A stretch of 64,000 nt of DNA from Terriglobia bacterium (GCA_963832635.1 CAWHVH010000014.1:51397-115396); one strand, 5' to 3'. Shown: positions 30,007-39,706, counted from the stretch's first letter. Notes: generated from the letters alone by a model not told the origin. Made by a program: numbers and translations.

Positions 30007-30417
30007 ATGGTCTATCTGACACGCAAAGCCGAATTTTCGGCATCGCACTACTACAACAATCCGGAATTCACCCCCGACGAGAACCGGCGGATCTTCGGCA
30101 AATGCAATAACCCCAACGGCCACGGTCACAACTACACGCTGGAAGTCACGGTTAAGGGGAAGGTGGATCCGCGCTCGGGCTTCGTCGTCGATCTGAAGCA
30201 CCTCAAGGAGATCCTCAATCGGGAAGTGCTCGACGCCATGGACCATCGCTTCCTGAACAAGGAGGTGCCCGAGTTCTTCACTCGTATTCCGACCACCGAG
30301 AATCTCGCCATCGCGGTCTGGCAGCGTCTTGCGCCCAAATTAGAGTCGGCACAATTACACCGCGTGCGCGTTTATGAGACGCCCGATCTTTTCGTCGATT
30401 TCTACGGGGAAGCATGA
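30007..30417 (+). CDS. 6-pyruvoyl-tetrahydropterin synthase / QueD-family enzyme, copy 1
   Basis: SASH zinc ligand, GKCNNPNGHGHNY, MDHRFLN (Asp-His pair) and PTTENLA. Start placed at Met 30007, preceded by GGAG. Confidence 0.85.
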   Translation: MVYLTRKAEFSASHYYNNPEFTPDENRRIFGKCNNPNGHGHNYTLEVTVKGKVDPRSGFVVDLKHLKEILNREVLDAMDHRFLNKEVPEFFTRIPTTENLAIAVWQRLAPKLESAQLHRVRVYETPDLFVDFYGEA

Positions 30418-30833
30418 AAGCGCACCTGACGCGGCGGTACCGGTTTTCGGCCTCGCATCGCTTGCATAGCGACGCGATGTCCGCGGAGGAAAATGCCTCT
30501 ACCTACGGCAAGTGCAACAACCCGCACGGCCACGGGCACAATTACATGCTCGAGGTCACGGTCAGCGGACCGGTCGACGAAAGCACGGGGATGGTTTGCA
30601 ACCTGGTCGATCTCGATGGCGTGGTTCAAAACCAGGTGCTGGAGCGCTTCGATCTGCAGAATTTGAACCTAATGAACGAATTCGCGGAGAACGTGCCCAC
30701 CACGGAAAACCTGTGCCAGGTCATCTACGATATTTTGCAGCGAACCTTTGATAACGCACATCTTGAGAAGGTACGGATCGAAGAGACTATGCTGAATTCG
30801 TTCGAATACGCCGGGAAGGGAAGTGATTTGTAA
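30414..30833 (+). CDS. 6-pyruvoyl-tetrahydropterin synthase-family paralogue, copy 2 (Asp-Leu in place of the catalytic Asp-His)
   Basis: SASHRLHS and GKCNNPHGHGHNY are retained, but the equivalent of LDHKNL reads FDLQNL. Overlaps the copy 1 stop (ATGA). Confidence 0.8.
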   Translation: MKAHLTRRYRFSASHRLHSDAMSAEENASTYGKCNNPHGHGHNYMLEVTVSGPVDESTGMVCNLVDLDGVVQNQVLERFDLQNLNLMNEFAENVPTTENLCQVIYDILQRTFDNAHLEKVRIEETMLNSFEYAGKGSDL

Positions 30834-30923
30834 TTTGGTAATCGGATAATTTTGTAATTTGAGACCCCGTTTTTCGCTTGCTAAATTACCCGATGACAAA
30901 ATTACTGAATTTGAGCAGGTCCT

Positions 30924-31523
30924 ATGACACAGTCCGTTGCATCCACAACCTTGACCAGCGCGACCTTCGAAGAGTTGGTGCGCGAGATGATCGTGCGTTT
31001 GGGCGAAGATCCCGCCCGCGAAGGCTTGACCCGCACCCCGGAACGAGTGCACCGAGCCTATGAACACCTCACCCGGGGATATCACGAAGACCCGCAAGCG
31101 ATGCTGAAGAATGCGCTTTTCACCGTGACCTACGACGAAATGGTCATCGTTAAAGATGTCGAGATGTTCAGCCTCTGCGAACATCACATGCTGCCGTTCT
31201 TCGGCAAGGTTCACGTCGCCTACATTCCCAACGGCAAAGTCATCGGTCTGAGCAAGATTCCGCGCTTGATCGAGATCTTCGCGCGCCGCCTCCAGATCCA
31301 GGAGCGTCTCACCACGCAGATCGCCGAAACCATTCAGAAGGCCATCGAACCCCAGGGTGTTGGAGTGGTCATTGAAGCGCGCCATCTCTGCATGATGATG
31401 CGCGGCGTAGAGAAACAACATTCGGCGGCTGTCACCTCGTCAATGCTGGGATGCTTCCGCGAGGAGCAGGAGACTCGCTCCGAATTTCTGTCCCTGATCC
31501 GCGCCCGCGCCAACGGCGTGTAA
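30924..31523 (+). CDS. folE: GTP cyclohydrolase I
   Basis: FolE motifs ([36 protein letters not shown]). Confidence 0.92.
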   Translation: MTQSVASTTLTSATFEELVREMIVRLGEDPAREGLTRTPERVHRAYEHLTRGYHEDPQAMLKNALFTVTYDEMVIVKDVEMFSLCEHHMLPFFGKVHVAYIPNGKVIGLSKIPRLIEIFARRLQIQERLTTQIAETIQKAIEPQGVGVVIEARHLCMMMRGVEKQHSAAVTSSMLGCFREEQETRSEFLSLIRARANGV

Positions 31524-31538
31524 CGCGCAACCAAAAGC

Positions 31539-32270
31539 TTGGCGAGAATCCTCACATCCCGTTTGAAAGGGAAAGTAGCCCTCGTCACCGGAGCCAATCG
31601 CGGCATCGGTTGGGCGATTGCGCGCGCACTAGCGGCTGAAGGCTGCAACCTTGTCATCACCGCACGGGACCAGAAAAAACTCGACGCGACCAGCAGGGAA
31701 CTGCGGCGCCTGAAAATTGCTGTCCTCTCCCAGGCTTGTGACGTTCGCGATCCCGACGATGTCCGCGAACTCCTCTCGGCGGTGAAGAAGCGATTCCGCC
31801 GCGTCGATATTCTGGTCAACAACGCAGGCGTCGGACACCGCAATCAAGGCGTGGCGGAACTGTCTTACGAAACCTGGCGAGAAGTGATCGAAACCAACCT
31901 GAATGGCATGTTCCTGGTCACCCACTTCGCGCTGCCGCTCATGAGACGCGGCGGAGCCATTGTGAATAATCTTTCCATCGCTGCAAGGCGCGTGTTTCCG
32001 GGTTCCTCCGCTTACAACGCATCCAAGCATGGCGCGCTCGGACTCACCAACACCTTGCGCGAGGAACTCCGCCCCAAGGGGATCCGGGTCATCGCCCTCC
32101 TGCCCGGCGCTACCAATACCGCGATCTGGAAGACCCTGTGGCCTGAAGCTCCCCGGAAAAAAATGATCGCCCCCCGGACCGTAGCGACAGCTCTGGTTGA
32201 TGCACTGGCGCTTCCCGCTAAGAGCACAATGGAAGAGTTGGTGCTGCTACCGGCAGCGGGAACGCTTTAG
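31539..32270 (+). CDS. SDR-family oxidoreductase (sepiapterin-reductase-like role is possible from context)
   Basis: TGANRGIG, NNAG, YNASK. The start is uncertain: TTG 31539 or TTG 31563. Confidence 0.8.
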   Translation: MARILTSRLKGKVALVTGANRGIGWAIARALAAEGCNLVITARDQKKLDATSRELRRLKIAVLSQACDVRDPDDVRELLSAVKKRFRRVDILVNNAGVGHRNQGVAELSYETWREVIETNLNGMFLVTHFALPLMRRGGAIVNNLSIAARRVFPGSSAYNASKHGALGLTNTLREELRPKGIRVIALLPGATNTAIWKTLWPEAPRKKMIAPRTVATALVDALALPAKSTMEELVLLPAAGTL

Positions 32271-32279
32271 CCGCGAGTC

Positions 32280-32996
32280 TTAGTAAGCCCCATAACGCGA
32301 GCGGTACGGGCGCTGCGGCAGGAGTTTGATCAGAACAATCCCTGAGACAAAGCCTCCCACGTGCGCCCAGAAGGCGATCCCGCCTCCACTCTGGCTGGTG
32401 ACGGCAATCGAAGTCGCGGCCCCGCTTAGAAACTGCACCAGGAACCAGTAACCGAGCACGATCCACGCCGGAAGCCACCAGAAGGTGAAGATGATGATCA
32501 GGGGCACAATCGTCAGCACGCGCGCCTTGGGATAGAGCACAAAGTAGGCGCCCATGACTCCTGCGATCGCTCCACTGGCGCCAACGCTTGGGATGGGAGA
32601 AGCCGGGTTCAGCAGAATGTGCGCGACAGAAGCCGCAATTCCAGTGACCAGGTAGAACATCAGATAGCGGAAGTGTCCCAGATAGTCCTCGATGTTGTCG
32701 CCGAAGATCCACAGTACCCACATGTTCCCGATGATGTGCAGCCATGAAGCGTGTAGAAACATGGAAGTGAGAATGGGGATAAAGGCCCCCACAACGTTGA
32801 CATGCCCGGAACCGCCCAAAAGTGCGGTAACGTGTCGCGGCACTACGCCGAACTCATAGATCAGGGCGTTGAGCTCGCCCTGGCTCTGCCTCCCCATCGT
32901 CCATTCGAAAAGGAAGATCACGGTATTGAGGGCGATGAGAAAATAGGTGACATACGGCGTGCTGAAGCGGGGCGTATCGTCGCGGATGGGGATCAT
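32280..32996 (-). CDS. Rhomboid-family intramembrane serine protease
   Basis: HASWLHIIGNM and the GASGAIAGVMGAY catalytic Ser motif. Start placed at Met 32996. Confidence 0.85.
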   Translation of the reverse strand: MIPIRDDTPRFSTPYVTYFLIALNTVIFLFEWTMGRQSQGELNALIYEFGVVPRHVTALLGGSGHVNVVGAFIPILTSMFLHASWLHIIGNMWVLWIFGDNIEDYLGHFRYLMFYLVTGIAASVAHILLNPASPIPSVGASGAIAGVMGAYFVLYPKARVLTIVPLIIIFTFWWLPAWIVLGYWFLVQFLSGAATSIAVTSQSGGGIAFWAHVGGFVSGIVLIKLLPQRPYRSRYGAY

Positions 32997-33110
32997 GGAG
33001 GATTTGCGTGCGTAGGCGATCTGGACTTTTGATAGTCTAGAGCCGGGCGACGCCTGCTGCGAACCAGCGTCTAAATTACCAAATCGATTGCCCAACTACG
33101 AAACCACAGT

Positions 33111-34031
33111 ATGAACGGTGTTCTGGTCATCGACAAACCTGCCGGGATGACTTCTCACGATGTCGTTAACCGCGTGCGCCGCAGCCTGCAGCAGCGCGCG
33201 GTGGGACATCTGGGGACGCTCGATCCCCTGGCTACCGGCGTATTGCCGCTGGTCACCGGCACCCTGACACGCTTGGCGCAGTTCTATACCTCGTCGGAAA
33301 AGATCTACGAGGGAACCATTCGCTTCGGTTTTGCCACCGATACCTACGACGCTGAAGGAACGCCGGCCGGCACGCCTCAAATAGTTCAAGTGTCACTTGA
33401 AGACATACGCGAGCTCGCCCTGGCTTTCCGCGGAACCATTGAGCAGATGCCGCCCCCTTTTTCGGCGAAGAAAATCCAGGGAGTCCCGGCTTATAAGCTG
33501 GCTCGCAAACAGAAAGAGGTCCCTCTGAAGGCGGTACCGGTAGAGATCAAGGAGTTCGAGATTCTTAGCGCTGAGGGCGATCGGGTAACCTTCCGGGCGC
33601 GCGTTGCCTCCGGAACTTACATGCGGTCGGTGGCTCACGATATGGGTCAAAAGCTGGGCTGCGGCGCTCATCTGGAGGCGCTCCGCCGCACCCGCGTTGC
33701 AGAGTTTGATCTCTCCAGCGCTCATACTCTCGAAGAAGTGGATGCCGCGTCGAAAGACGGTGCCGTGGAGGAACTGTTCCTTCATCCCCGAAAGCTGCTC
33801 CCGGAATTCCCGTCGGTCACGGCCACCGAAGAGGCGGCTGCGAGAATTCGCAACGGCCGCACGGTAAACCTGCCGGAACTCTCCCGCAGCCGCCAGGTCA
33901 AGGTGTTCTACGGACAGGGCGAGTTGATCGCAATCGCCACTCGTGTAGCAGGGAGTCTGTTTCATCCCAAGATCGTTCTGGTTGCCGAGCGCACGCCGCA
34001 GCCCGCAGGAGCTTCGACCGACAGGGAATAG
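33111..34031 (+). CDS. truB: tRNA pseudouridine(55) synthase
   Basis: The GTLDPLATGVL catalytic Asp motif and full-length TruB colinearity. Confidence 0.92.
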   Translation: MNGVLVIDKPAGMTSHDVVNRVRRSLQQRAVGHLGTLDPLATGVLPLVTGTLTRLAQFYTSSEKIYEGTIRFGFATDTYDAEGTPAGTPQIVQVSLEDIRELALAFRGTIEQMPPPFSAKKIQGVPAYKLARKQKEVPLKAVPVEIKEFEILSAEGDRVTFRARVASGTYMRSVAHDMGQKLGCGAHLEALRRTRVAEFDLSSAHTLEEVDAASKDGAVEELFLHPRKLLPEFPSVTATEEAAARIRNGRTVNLPELSRSRQVKVFYGQGELIAIATRVAGSLFHPKIVLVAERTPQPAGASTDRE

Positions 34032-34054
34032 ACGTTGCGAGGAATTCTCCTGGC

Positions 34055-34606
34055 ATGGATTATCATCAGGGTATGCCGACCTTAGCGATCTCCGCGCAGC
34101 GCCCCCAACCTGACGAACACAATCCTTATTACTCCCGCTACATCGCCCTGGTGCCGGAGGCTGATATCGTGGCCACTCTTCGAACCCAAGTAAAGGAAAC
34201 CGAGACGATCTTCCGGCGGCTCACCGAAGAACAAGGGAATTACCGCTACGCACCGGACAAATGGAGCGTCAAGGAATTGCTGGGGCATCTCAGCGACACT
34301 GAGCGCGTCTTTGCCTATCGCGCCTTGCGCATCGCGCGCAACGACCAGACCCCGCTGGCAGGCTTCGAGCAGGACGACTATGTGCGCTTCGGACCCTTCG
34401 CTCAGCGTTCCTTGGTAGAAGTGATCGAGGAATTCGTTGCGGTCCGTCAGTCCAGCTTGTGCCTGTTTGGGCAACTCGACGAGGCCGCATGGAAGAGACG
34501 AGGAACCGCCAACAACTCCGCCGTTTCCGTCCGGGCCGTCGCCTTCATCCTGGCAGGTCACGAACTCCATCACCGGAGAATCCTCCGGGAAAAATACGGA
34601 CTCTAG
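34055..34606 (+). CDS. DinB-family protein
   Basis: Four-helix DinB-like pattern with conserved His residues (LLGHLSDTE, GHELHHRRIL). Confidence 0.72.
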   Translation: MDYHQGMPTLAISAQRPQPDEHNPYYSRYIALVPEADIVATLRTQVKETETIFRRLTEEQGNYRYAPDKWSVKELLGHLSDTERVFAYRALRIARNDQTPLAGFEQDDYVRFGPFAQRSLVEVIEEFVAVRQSSLCLFGQLDEAAWKRRGTANNSAVSVRAVAFILAGHELHHRRILREKYGL

Positions 34607-34805
34607 TACCCCTCCTGCGCCTATCCGAAGAGATAGTCGAACTATCCGACTGTGCTTTAAATCCCTATCTTCGTTGACCTCTGGTTCCGGCCGGCATGTG
34701 CTCGAATCTCGCATCTCTTGGGGATTTGCCTTCATTTCGTATAACTGAGACCTGTCGACGGAAAGTGGCAGAAGGCTTGCTTTCACTGAGGTGTGGGAGG
34801 CAACT

Positions 34806-35051
34806 GTGTCCATCACCGAGCAATGGGAGGGTTTCGTGAGTACCGGCACTTCTGGATGGGTTCCAGCCAAGCGTTTGCCAAAGAAGGCCCTGCGAGGAGA
34901 CTTACACACCCTCGTCAGCGGCCGGTTCGAGGACGGTTCAGCGACCATTCAGATTTACTGGTGCGAGCGAGCGGGCGACGGAACTCCGGGGAACCATGCC
35001 TCCTGGACACCTTTTCAGCTTGGCGCCAATCAACCACAGCAGCGGGAGTAA
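34806..35051 (+). CDS. Possible small hypothetical protein (81 aa)
   Basis: GTG start 5 nt after GGGAGG. This is the only plausible ORF in a roughly 640-bp gap between convergent genes. I recognised no family. Confidence 0.25.
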   Translation: MSITEQWEGFVSTGTSGWVPAKRLPKKALRGDLHTLVSGRFEDGSATIQIYWCERAGDGTPGNHASWTPFQLGANQPQQRE

Positions 35052-35250
35052 AACTGTCGGCGGCGGCGCCACGATTCCGGGAGGCTCACGGCGGGGAATG
35101 GACTGCCAATCGTGAGAGTCCCAGGTCGAGCACCGAGGCGTTGGGAGACGCAGGTGCGTCGCCGGTAGTTTATTTATGTCCGATAACAGGTATTATGTAA
35201 AGTCAGACAGAAGACTGGGTAGCGACTCTCACTTCCGACCGTTTGCTTCC

Positions 35251-35754
35251 TTACATCTTGTATCGTCCCGTATCTTCGTCGCTCAGGCCTTCGAGCCACT
35301 TGCGCAGTTCTTCGCTGGTGACACGGTCAGAAACATTGGCAGCTTGTTTGGAGTTCTTCAGAACCTCATCTTCTACGTAGATTGGGCAATCCACGCGTAA
35401 AGCCAAGGCCAGCGCGTCCGATGGGCGCGAATCAATACTGATCACTCGGCCCTCCCGCTCCAGCCAGATCACCGCGAAAAAGGTGTCTTCCCGCAATTCG
35501 GTCACGACCACCTTGTGAACATTCGCGGCCAGTCCTACGAGCACATTCTTGATCAGGTCGTGAGTCATGGGGCGCGGGGTGGTGACTTTCTCGATCTCGA
35601 GGGCGATCGCGTTGGCCTCGTAGATTCCCACCCAGATCGGCAGTACGGTGTCCGTGCCCACGTCCTTCAGGATCACGATGGGCATATTGGTCACCGGATC
35701 CATCATCAGCCCCCGAATTTTCATCTCCACTTCCATCACAACCCCCGCCAACAT
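35251..35754 (-). CDS. Bifunctional nuclease family protein (DUF151/BFN domain)
   Basis: PIVILKD...LPIWVGIYEANAI...RPMTHDL motif series typical of BFN-domain proteins. The start may lie a few codons downstream. Confidence 0.72.
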   Translation of the reverse strand: MLAGVVMEVEMKIRGLMMDPVTNMPIVILKDVGTDTVLPIWVGIYEANAIALEIEKVTTPRPMTHDLIKNVLVGLAANVHKVVVTELREDTFFAVIWLEREGRVISIDSRPSDALALALRVDCPIYVEDEVLKNSKQAANVSDRVTSEELRKWLEGLSDEDTGRYKM

Positions 35755-35814
35755 TGACGAAGCGCGATTTACCGCGGTCGGATTCCTACCCGTAAACCAA
35801 GCTTCCTTCGCCCC

Positions 35815-37143
35815 TTATATCACCATTTGCCCCAAAAGGCTGTTTGGAAAACACTCGGTGGTAACCACCGGAACATAGCTGCCGGCAGCAGGAGCGACAC
35901 TCTCCGGTGCGGTGAAATTCAGCACTTTGTTCTGCGAAGTGCGCCCGGCCCACTGCTTCCGGGCTTCGTTCCTGCCTTCAACCATCACTTCAACCACCTG
36001 TCCCAGATGCCGCTGGTTGCACCGCTTCTGAATCTCCCGCTGTTTCTCCAGCAAAACCGCCAATCGGCGCGCCTTTTCTTCGTCGGGAATCGCGTCTTCC
36101 AGTTTCAGCGAGGGCGTGTTGGGCCGGGGAGAATACTTGAAGCCAAAGACAGCATCGCATTCGACTTCTCGGAGCAAAGAAAGCGTTTCCTCGAAATCCG
36201 ACTCGGTCTCTCCCGGAAAGCCCACGATAATGTCGGTGGTCAAGCTGATCTCTCGCTTCGCAGCCCTGATCCATCCGACGCGCTCTAGATACTGCTCGCG
36301 CGTGTAAAGCCGCTGCATGGCATCCAAGATTCGGGTAGAACCGCTCTGCACCGGCAAGTGCACGTGATCGCACAATGTCGGCACGGCATCGATGGCGTGC
36401 ACGATGTCCGCTCCGAAGTCTCGCGGATGCGAAGTCGTGAAACGTACCCGCCGGATGCCCGCTACCTCTCCCACCGCTGCCAGCAGTTCGGCAAAGGTCT
36501 TCCTGCCCGACGGATCCTTGTAAGAATTCACGTTCTGGCCCAGCAATTGGATTTCGCTGTAGCCCAAATCTGCCATCTGACGGGCTTCGGCCAGCACCGA
36601 CTCGGAAGTCCGGCTCCGCTCCTTGCCTCGCGTAAACGGAACCACGCAGTAGGCGCAAAACTTGTCACAGCCTTCAATGATGGTGATGTATCCGCGATGC
36701 GGATTGGTCCGCGAAGTGAATTCCGTCTCGAAGCACTCGTCGGTCTGGCGGTCATCGAGGCCTGTGACACGCCAGTTCCCTGCCTCGATCTGCACCAGCA
36801 TCTCCGGCAGATTCCGATACGAGGCCGAACCACACACCAGCGATACGTGCGGCGCGCGCTCGAAGATCTTTTCGCCTTCCTGCTGCGCCACGCATCCCAG
36901 CACCCCGAAGCGCTTGCCCTCTTTCAGCAGCTTCTTGTAGTCCGCCAGCCGATGGAACACCTTCTGCTCCGCCTTGTCGCGGATCGAACAGGTGTTGTAA
37001 AGAATCAACCCGGCTTCTTCCACCGTCGGAACTTGGCGGTAGCCCTCGGAGACCAGCGTGCCAATGACCTTTTCCGAGTCGTGGACGTTCATCTGGCAGC
37101 CGAAAGTCTCAAGGTAAAACGTTTTGGAAGTGTTTTCCGCCAT
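35815..37143 (-). CDS. miaB: tRNA-i6A37 methylthiotransferase
   Basis: UPF0004 N-domain cysteines (TFGCQMN), radical-SAM CDKFCAYC, TRAM C-terminus. Confidence 0.92.
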   Translation of the reverse strand: MAENTSKTFYLETFGCQMNVHDSEKVIGTLVSEGYRQVPTVEEAGLILYNTCSIRDKAEQKVFHRLADYKKLLKEGKRFGVLGCVAQQEGEKIFERAPHVSLVCGSASYRNLPEMLVQIEAGNWRVTGLDDRQTDECFETEFTSRTNPHRGYITIIEGCDKFCAYCVVPFTRGKERSRTSESVLAEARQMADLGYSEIQLLGQNVNSYKDPSGRKTFAELLAAVGEVAGIRRVRFTTSHPRDFGADIVHAIDAVPTLCDHVHLPVQSGSTRILDAMQRLYTREQYLERVGWIRAAKREISLTTDIIVGFPGETESDFEETLSLLREVECDAVFGFKYSPRPNTPSLKLEDAIPDEEKARRLAVLLEKQREIQKRCNQRHLGQVVEVMVEGRNEARKQWAGRTSQNKVLNFTAPESVAPAAGSYVPVVTTECFPNSLLGQMVI

Positions 37144-37276
37144 CCGCTTTTCAGTATAACGCAGCTCGAACCGCCTCCATCTTCCCCGGACCTCGCGCGC
37201 ACACCCATTCTTTTTGCTAGCCGAAGTCCCTTTTCTCCCGTCTATCTGTTTGCCGTTTCAACCAGAGGAGAACCCT

Positions 37277-37825
37277 ATGTCCGTGAGATCGATCGCCGTC
37301 ATGATTCTGCTGCTGTCTCTGCCGGTTCTGTCACCGGCGCAGGAAAAAGCCACTAAAACGCCACCTACTCTGAAGAGCATTCTGCTCGAACAATTGCGCA
37401 CCACCCATAACGAAAAGGACTGGTTCGTGGATGGCAATACCGCCGTCGCCGGACTGAGCGCCGAACAGGCGAACTGGACACCCAAGCCCGGAATGCACTC
37501 CGTCGGCCAACTTGCCTATCATCTGGTCTTCTGGAACCAGCAAGTGCTGGCCAAGCTCCGGGGAGAGACTCCAGCGAAGTTCGACGGGAATAACGACGAA
37601 ACCTTCAACAACTTCGACAGCAAGAAGTGGTCCGAGGTTGTCCAACAACTGGATCAGGTGATGAAAGACCTGGAACACGAAGTCGAAACCGCCGACGATG
37701 CGAAGCTGCAAAAGGCGGCTTCAACCATCGCTCACGTGGGCACCCACAACGCCTATCACATTGGCCAGATAGTCTACGTACGCAAGCTGCAGGGCTCCTG
37801 GAATCCCGAAAAAGGAGTGAAGTAA
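37277..37825 (+). CDS. DinB-family protein (secreted)
   Basis: Signal peptide plus DinB-like His motifs (LAYHLVFWN, HNAYHIGQIV). Start placed at Met 37277, preceded by GAGGAG. Confidence 0.7.
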   Translation: MSVRSIAVMILLLSLPVLSPAQEKATKTPPTLKSILLEQLRTTHNEKDWFVDGNTAVAGLSAEQANWTPKPGMHSVGQLAYHLVFWNQQVLAKLRGETPAKFDGNNDETFNNFDSKKWSEVVQQLDQVMKDLEHEVETADDAKLQKAASTIAHVGTHNAYHIGQIVYVRKLQGSWNPEKGVK

Positions 37826-37891
37826 GAAACATCCGCCCAAACCCAAGAAGGTTGCTGGCGCGGCGCCGCGACAGGGCCGCGCCTTCCTTCC

Positions 37892-38410
37892 CTACCGCGT
37901 ATCGACCGTTTTCCCTTCTTCGACGTACGCCTGCATCCAGGCGAGCACGCGAGTCCATCCTTTCGAGTGATCCACCGCGTCTTGGGGAGCATCGGCAAAA
38001 CCTTCATGGCGCACTTTCACCAGCGTGCCGGTTCCTGCCTTCTGCGGACCGCGATGTTGCAGGCCGTGAACTTCACGCGGCTCCAGCTCCCAGCGCACTA
38101 CCGTCTTCAGTGAGCTGCTCCAGCTGGCGATCCAGGTGTGAACCAGCAGGCGCGGCGGATCGACTTCCAGATACTCCCCATCCACGCGGAAGGCTTTGCC
38201 ATCTACCCCCGCACCCACGCTGGACCACGTGCCGCCCTTACGTAGATCGTTCTTCCACTCGGTGATGCGGTACATATCCTTTTGCCCCCACCACTGCGGC
38301 ATCTGACGGGGATCCGAAATCGCTTGAAATACGCGTTCCGGCGGTGCGGCGACGAAAACCTCCGCGACAATCGCATCTTGGTCTGGGGTAACGGCTACCG
38401 TGGCCATCAA
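37892..38410 (-). CDS. SRPBCC-domain protein (AHSA1/START-like)
   Basis: AHSA1-type motif pattern (PERVFQAISDP, WWG). Typical partner of ArsR-family regulators. Confidence 0.72.
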   Translation of the reverse strand: MMATVAVTPDQDAIVAEVFVAAPPERVFQAISDPRQMPQWWGQKDMYRITEWKNDLRKGGTWSSVGAGVDGKAFRVDGEYLEVDPPRLLVHTWIASWSSSLKTVVRWELEPREVHGLQHRGPQKAGTGTLVKVRHEGFADAPQDAVDHSKGWTRVLAWMQAYVEEGKTVDTR

Positions 38411-38466
38411 GCATCTCCTTTCTGTTGCCGTGCGTAACGCTGCTTATTCCTGACTGCGCTTCACCG

Positions 38467-38952
38467 TTAGCTCTTGCGGTGCAAATCGAAGTGCGCGGTC
38501 TTGCTTTGACCGTCCTTGGTCCAAGTCCATTCTTCGCTGTAGTGATCGGCATCGGCAAAGGTAAATACGGCGTGATGCATATGGCCGGCCTGCGGACTCG
38601 CGAGATTCGTGGCGTCAAGGAAGTTAAACGTCATGGTCTTCCCATCGGGCGAAAGGCTCGCGATCATGCGTGGCTGGTTCCCGGTTGCGCAGTAGTGCGT
38701 CATGAGCAGCTTGTCTCCGTCCACGGTGTACATCGTTACCATCGATTCGTGCGTGGCGTCGGCCATGACCGCCGTGCCGCTTGAGACCACGCTATATGTC
38801 GTAGTAACGACTTCGCCGTCCGCCATCTTCCCTTCCCAGGTTCCCGCCATCGATTTCAGTTTGTCGAAGGACTTCTGCGCGTCGGACTGCGCGACTGCCG
38901 CAGCGGTTGCGAACACCAGCATCAGGCACATAGCGTAGCGAATAGCTTTCAT
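38467..38952 (-). CDS. Secreted hypothetical protein (DUF1579-like)
   Basis: Signal peptide (MKAIRYAMCLMLVFATAAAVAQ) followed by a beta-rich domain. Start placed at Met 38952. Confidence 0.5.
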   Translation of the reverse strand: MKAIRYAMCLMLVFATAAAVAQSDAQKSFDKLKSMAGTWEGKMADGEVVTTTYSVVSSGTAVMADATHESMVTMYTVDGDKLLMTHYCATGNQPRMIASLSPDGKTMTFNFLDATNLASPQAGHMHHAVFTFADADHYSEEWTWTKDGQSKTAHFDLHRKS

Positions 38953-39004
38953 GTTGTTCTCCTTGTGGTTGAAGTTGCCGGACCCGCCGGCGTCTGCAGT
39001 TCTA

Positions 39005-39386
39005 CTACTCGTCTTCCCGAAATCGTTTTCGGTGCTTCTGTTGACTCTCTTTGGCATACTCCGCTTCCACGAACGCCTTCAGGTTAGTCAGACTGTGCGT
39101 CCAGAAGACGCGGTATTGCTCCAGCCACGAATCCACCGCCTTCAGGGGCGCGGGATTGAGACTATACAAGCGGTTTCTCCCCTCGCGCCGCTCTTCCACC
39201 AGGTGAGCCCGCCGCAGCAACCGCAAATGCTTCGAGATGGCCGGCCGCGAGACGGTGAACGACGACGCAATCCGGCCCGCCGGCTGGCTGCCCGCGCGCA
39301 ACAGGTCCAGCACCGCCCGCCGGGTAGGATCGGAAAGCGCGTGGAAAGGTGGCCGCCGATGAATATGTAACCGATCGGTTCCGCAT
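39005..39386 (-). pseudogene. ArsR/SmtB-family transcriptional regulator, N-terminus displaced by an apparent 1-nt insertion
   Basis: ORF 39005..39313 starts at a GTG inside the conserved FHALSDPTRRAVLDLL motif. The in-frame upstream sequence has no start codon. ATG 39386 opens a different frame that joins at the A3 (minus-strand T3) run at 39345-39347. Confidence 0.65.
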
Positions 39387-39504
39387 AATGCGTAACTCTA
39401 CGGTTACATGATGCGCCTGTCAACAGGATTTTTTCGATTTCTCGCCAAGCCCGGTTTCGCACAGCAAAGCGTGCTAAACTCCGCCGCTATCAGGAGGGAA
39501 TGTC

Positions 39505-39687
39505 ATGGCAAAGGAAATGCGTTGTGGCGATGTGGTGCCCGGATGCGATTTCGTCGCGCGCGGCGATTCTGAACAGGAAATCCTCGAGCAAGCGGCCGCT
39601 CACGCCAGTGCAGCCCACGGCGTAAACGAGATCACCCCGGAACTCGCGGAGAAAGTGCGGGGCGCAATCCGCGACGAGGCGGCCTGA
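39505..39687 (+). CDS. DUF1059-family small protein
   Basis: 60 aa. MRCGDVVPGCDF...HAS.AHG pattern typical of DUF1059. Confidence 0.65.
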   Translation: MAKEMRCGDVVPGCDFVARGDSEQEILEQAAAHASAAHGVNEITPELAEKVRGAIRDEAA

Positions 39688-39706
39688 GAACCTCAACGCA
39701 TAGAGG

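Noticed and set aside
34607-35250. tmRNA, RNase P RNA, SRP RNA or 6S RNA in the large convergent gap.
   Set aside because: I saw no GGAAAGUCC (P4 of RNase P), no tRNA-like GGUUCGAAUCC...CCA end or tag ORF, and no SRP domain IV motif (GGAAGCAGCC-type) on either strand. The region is kept only as an unassigned-region finding.
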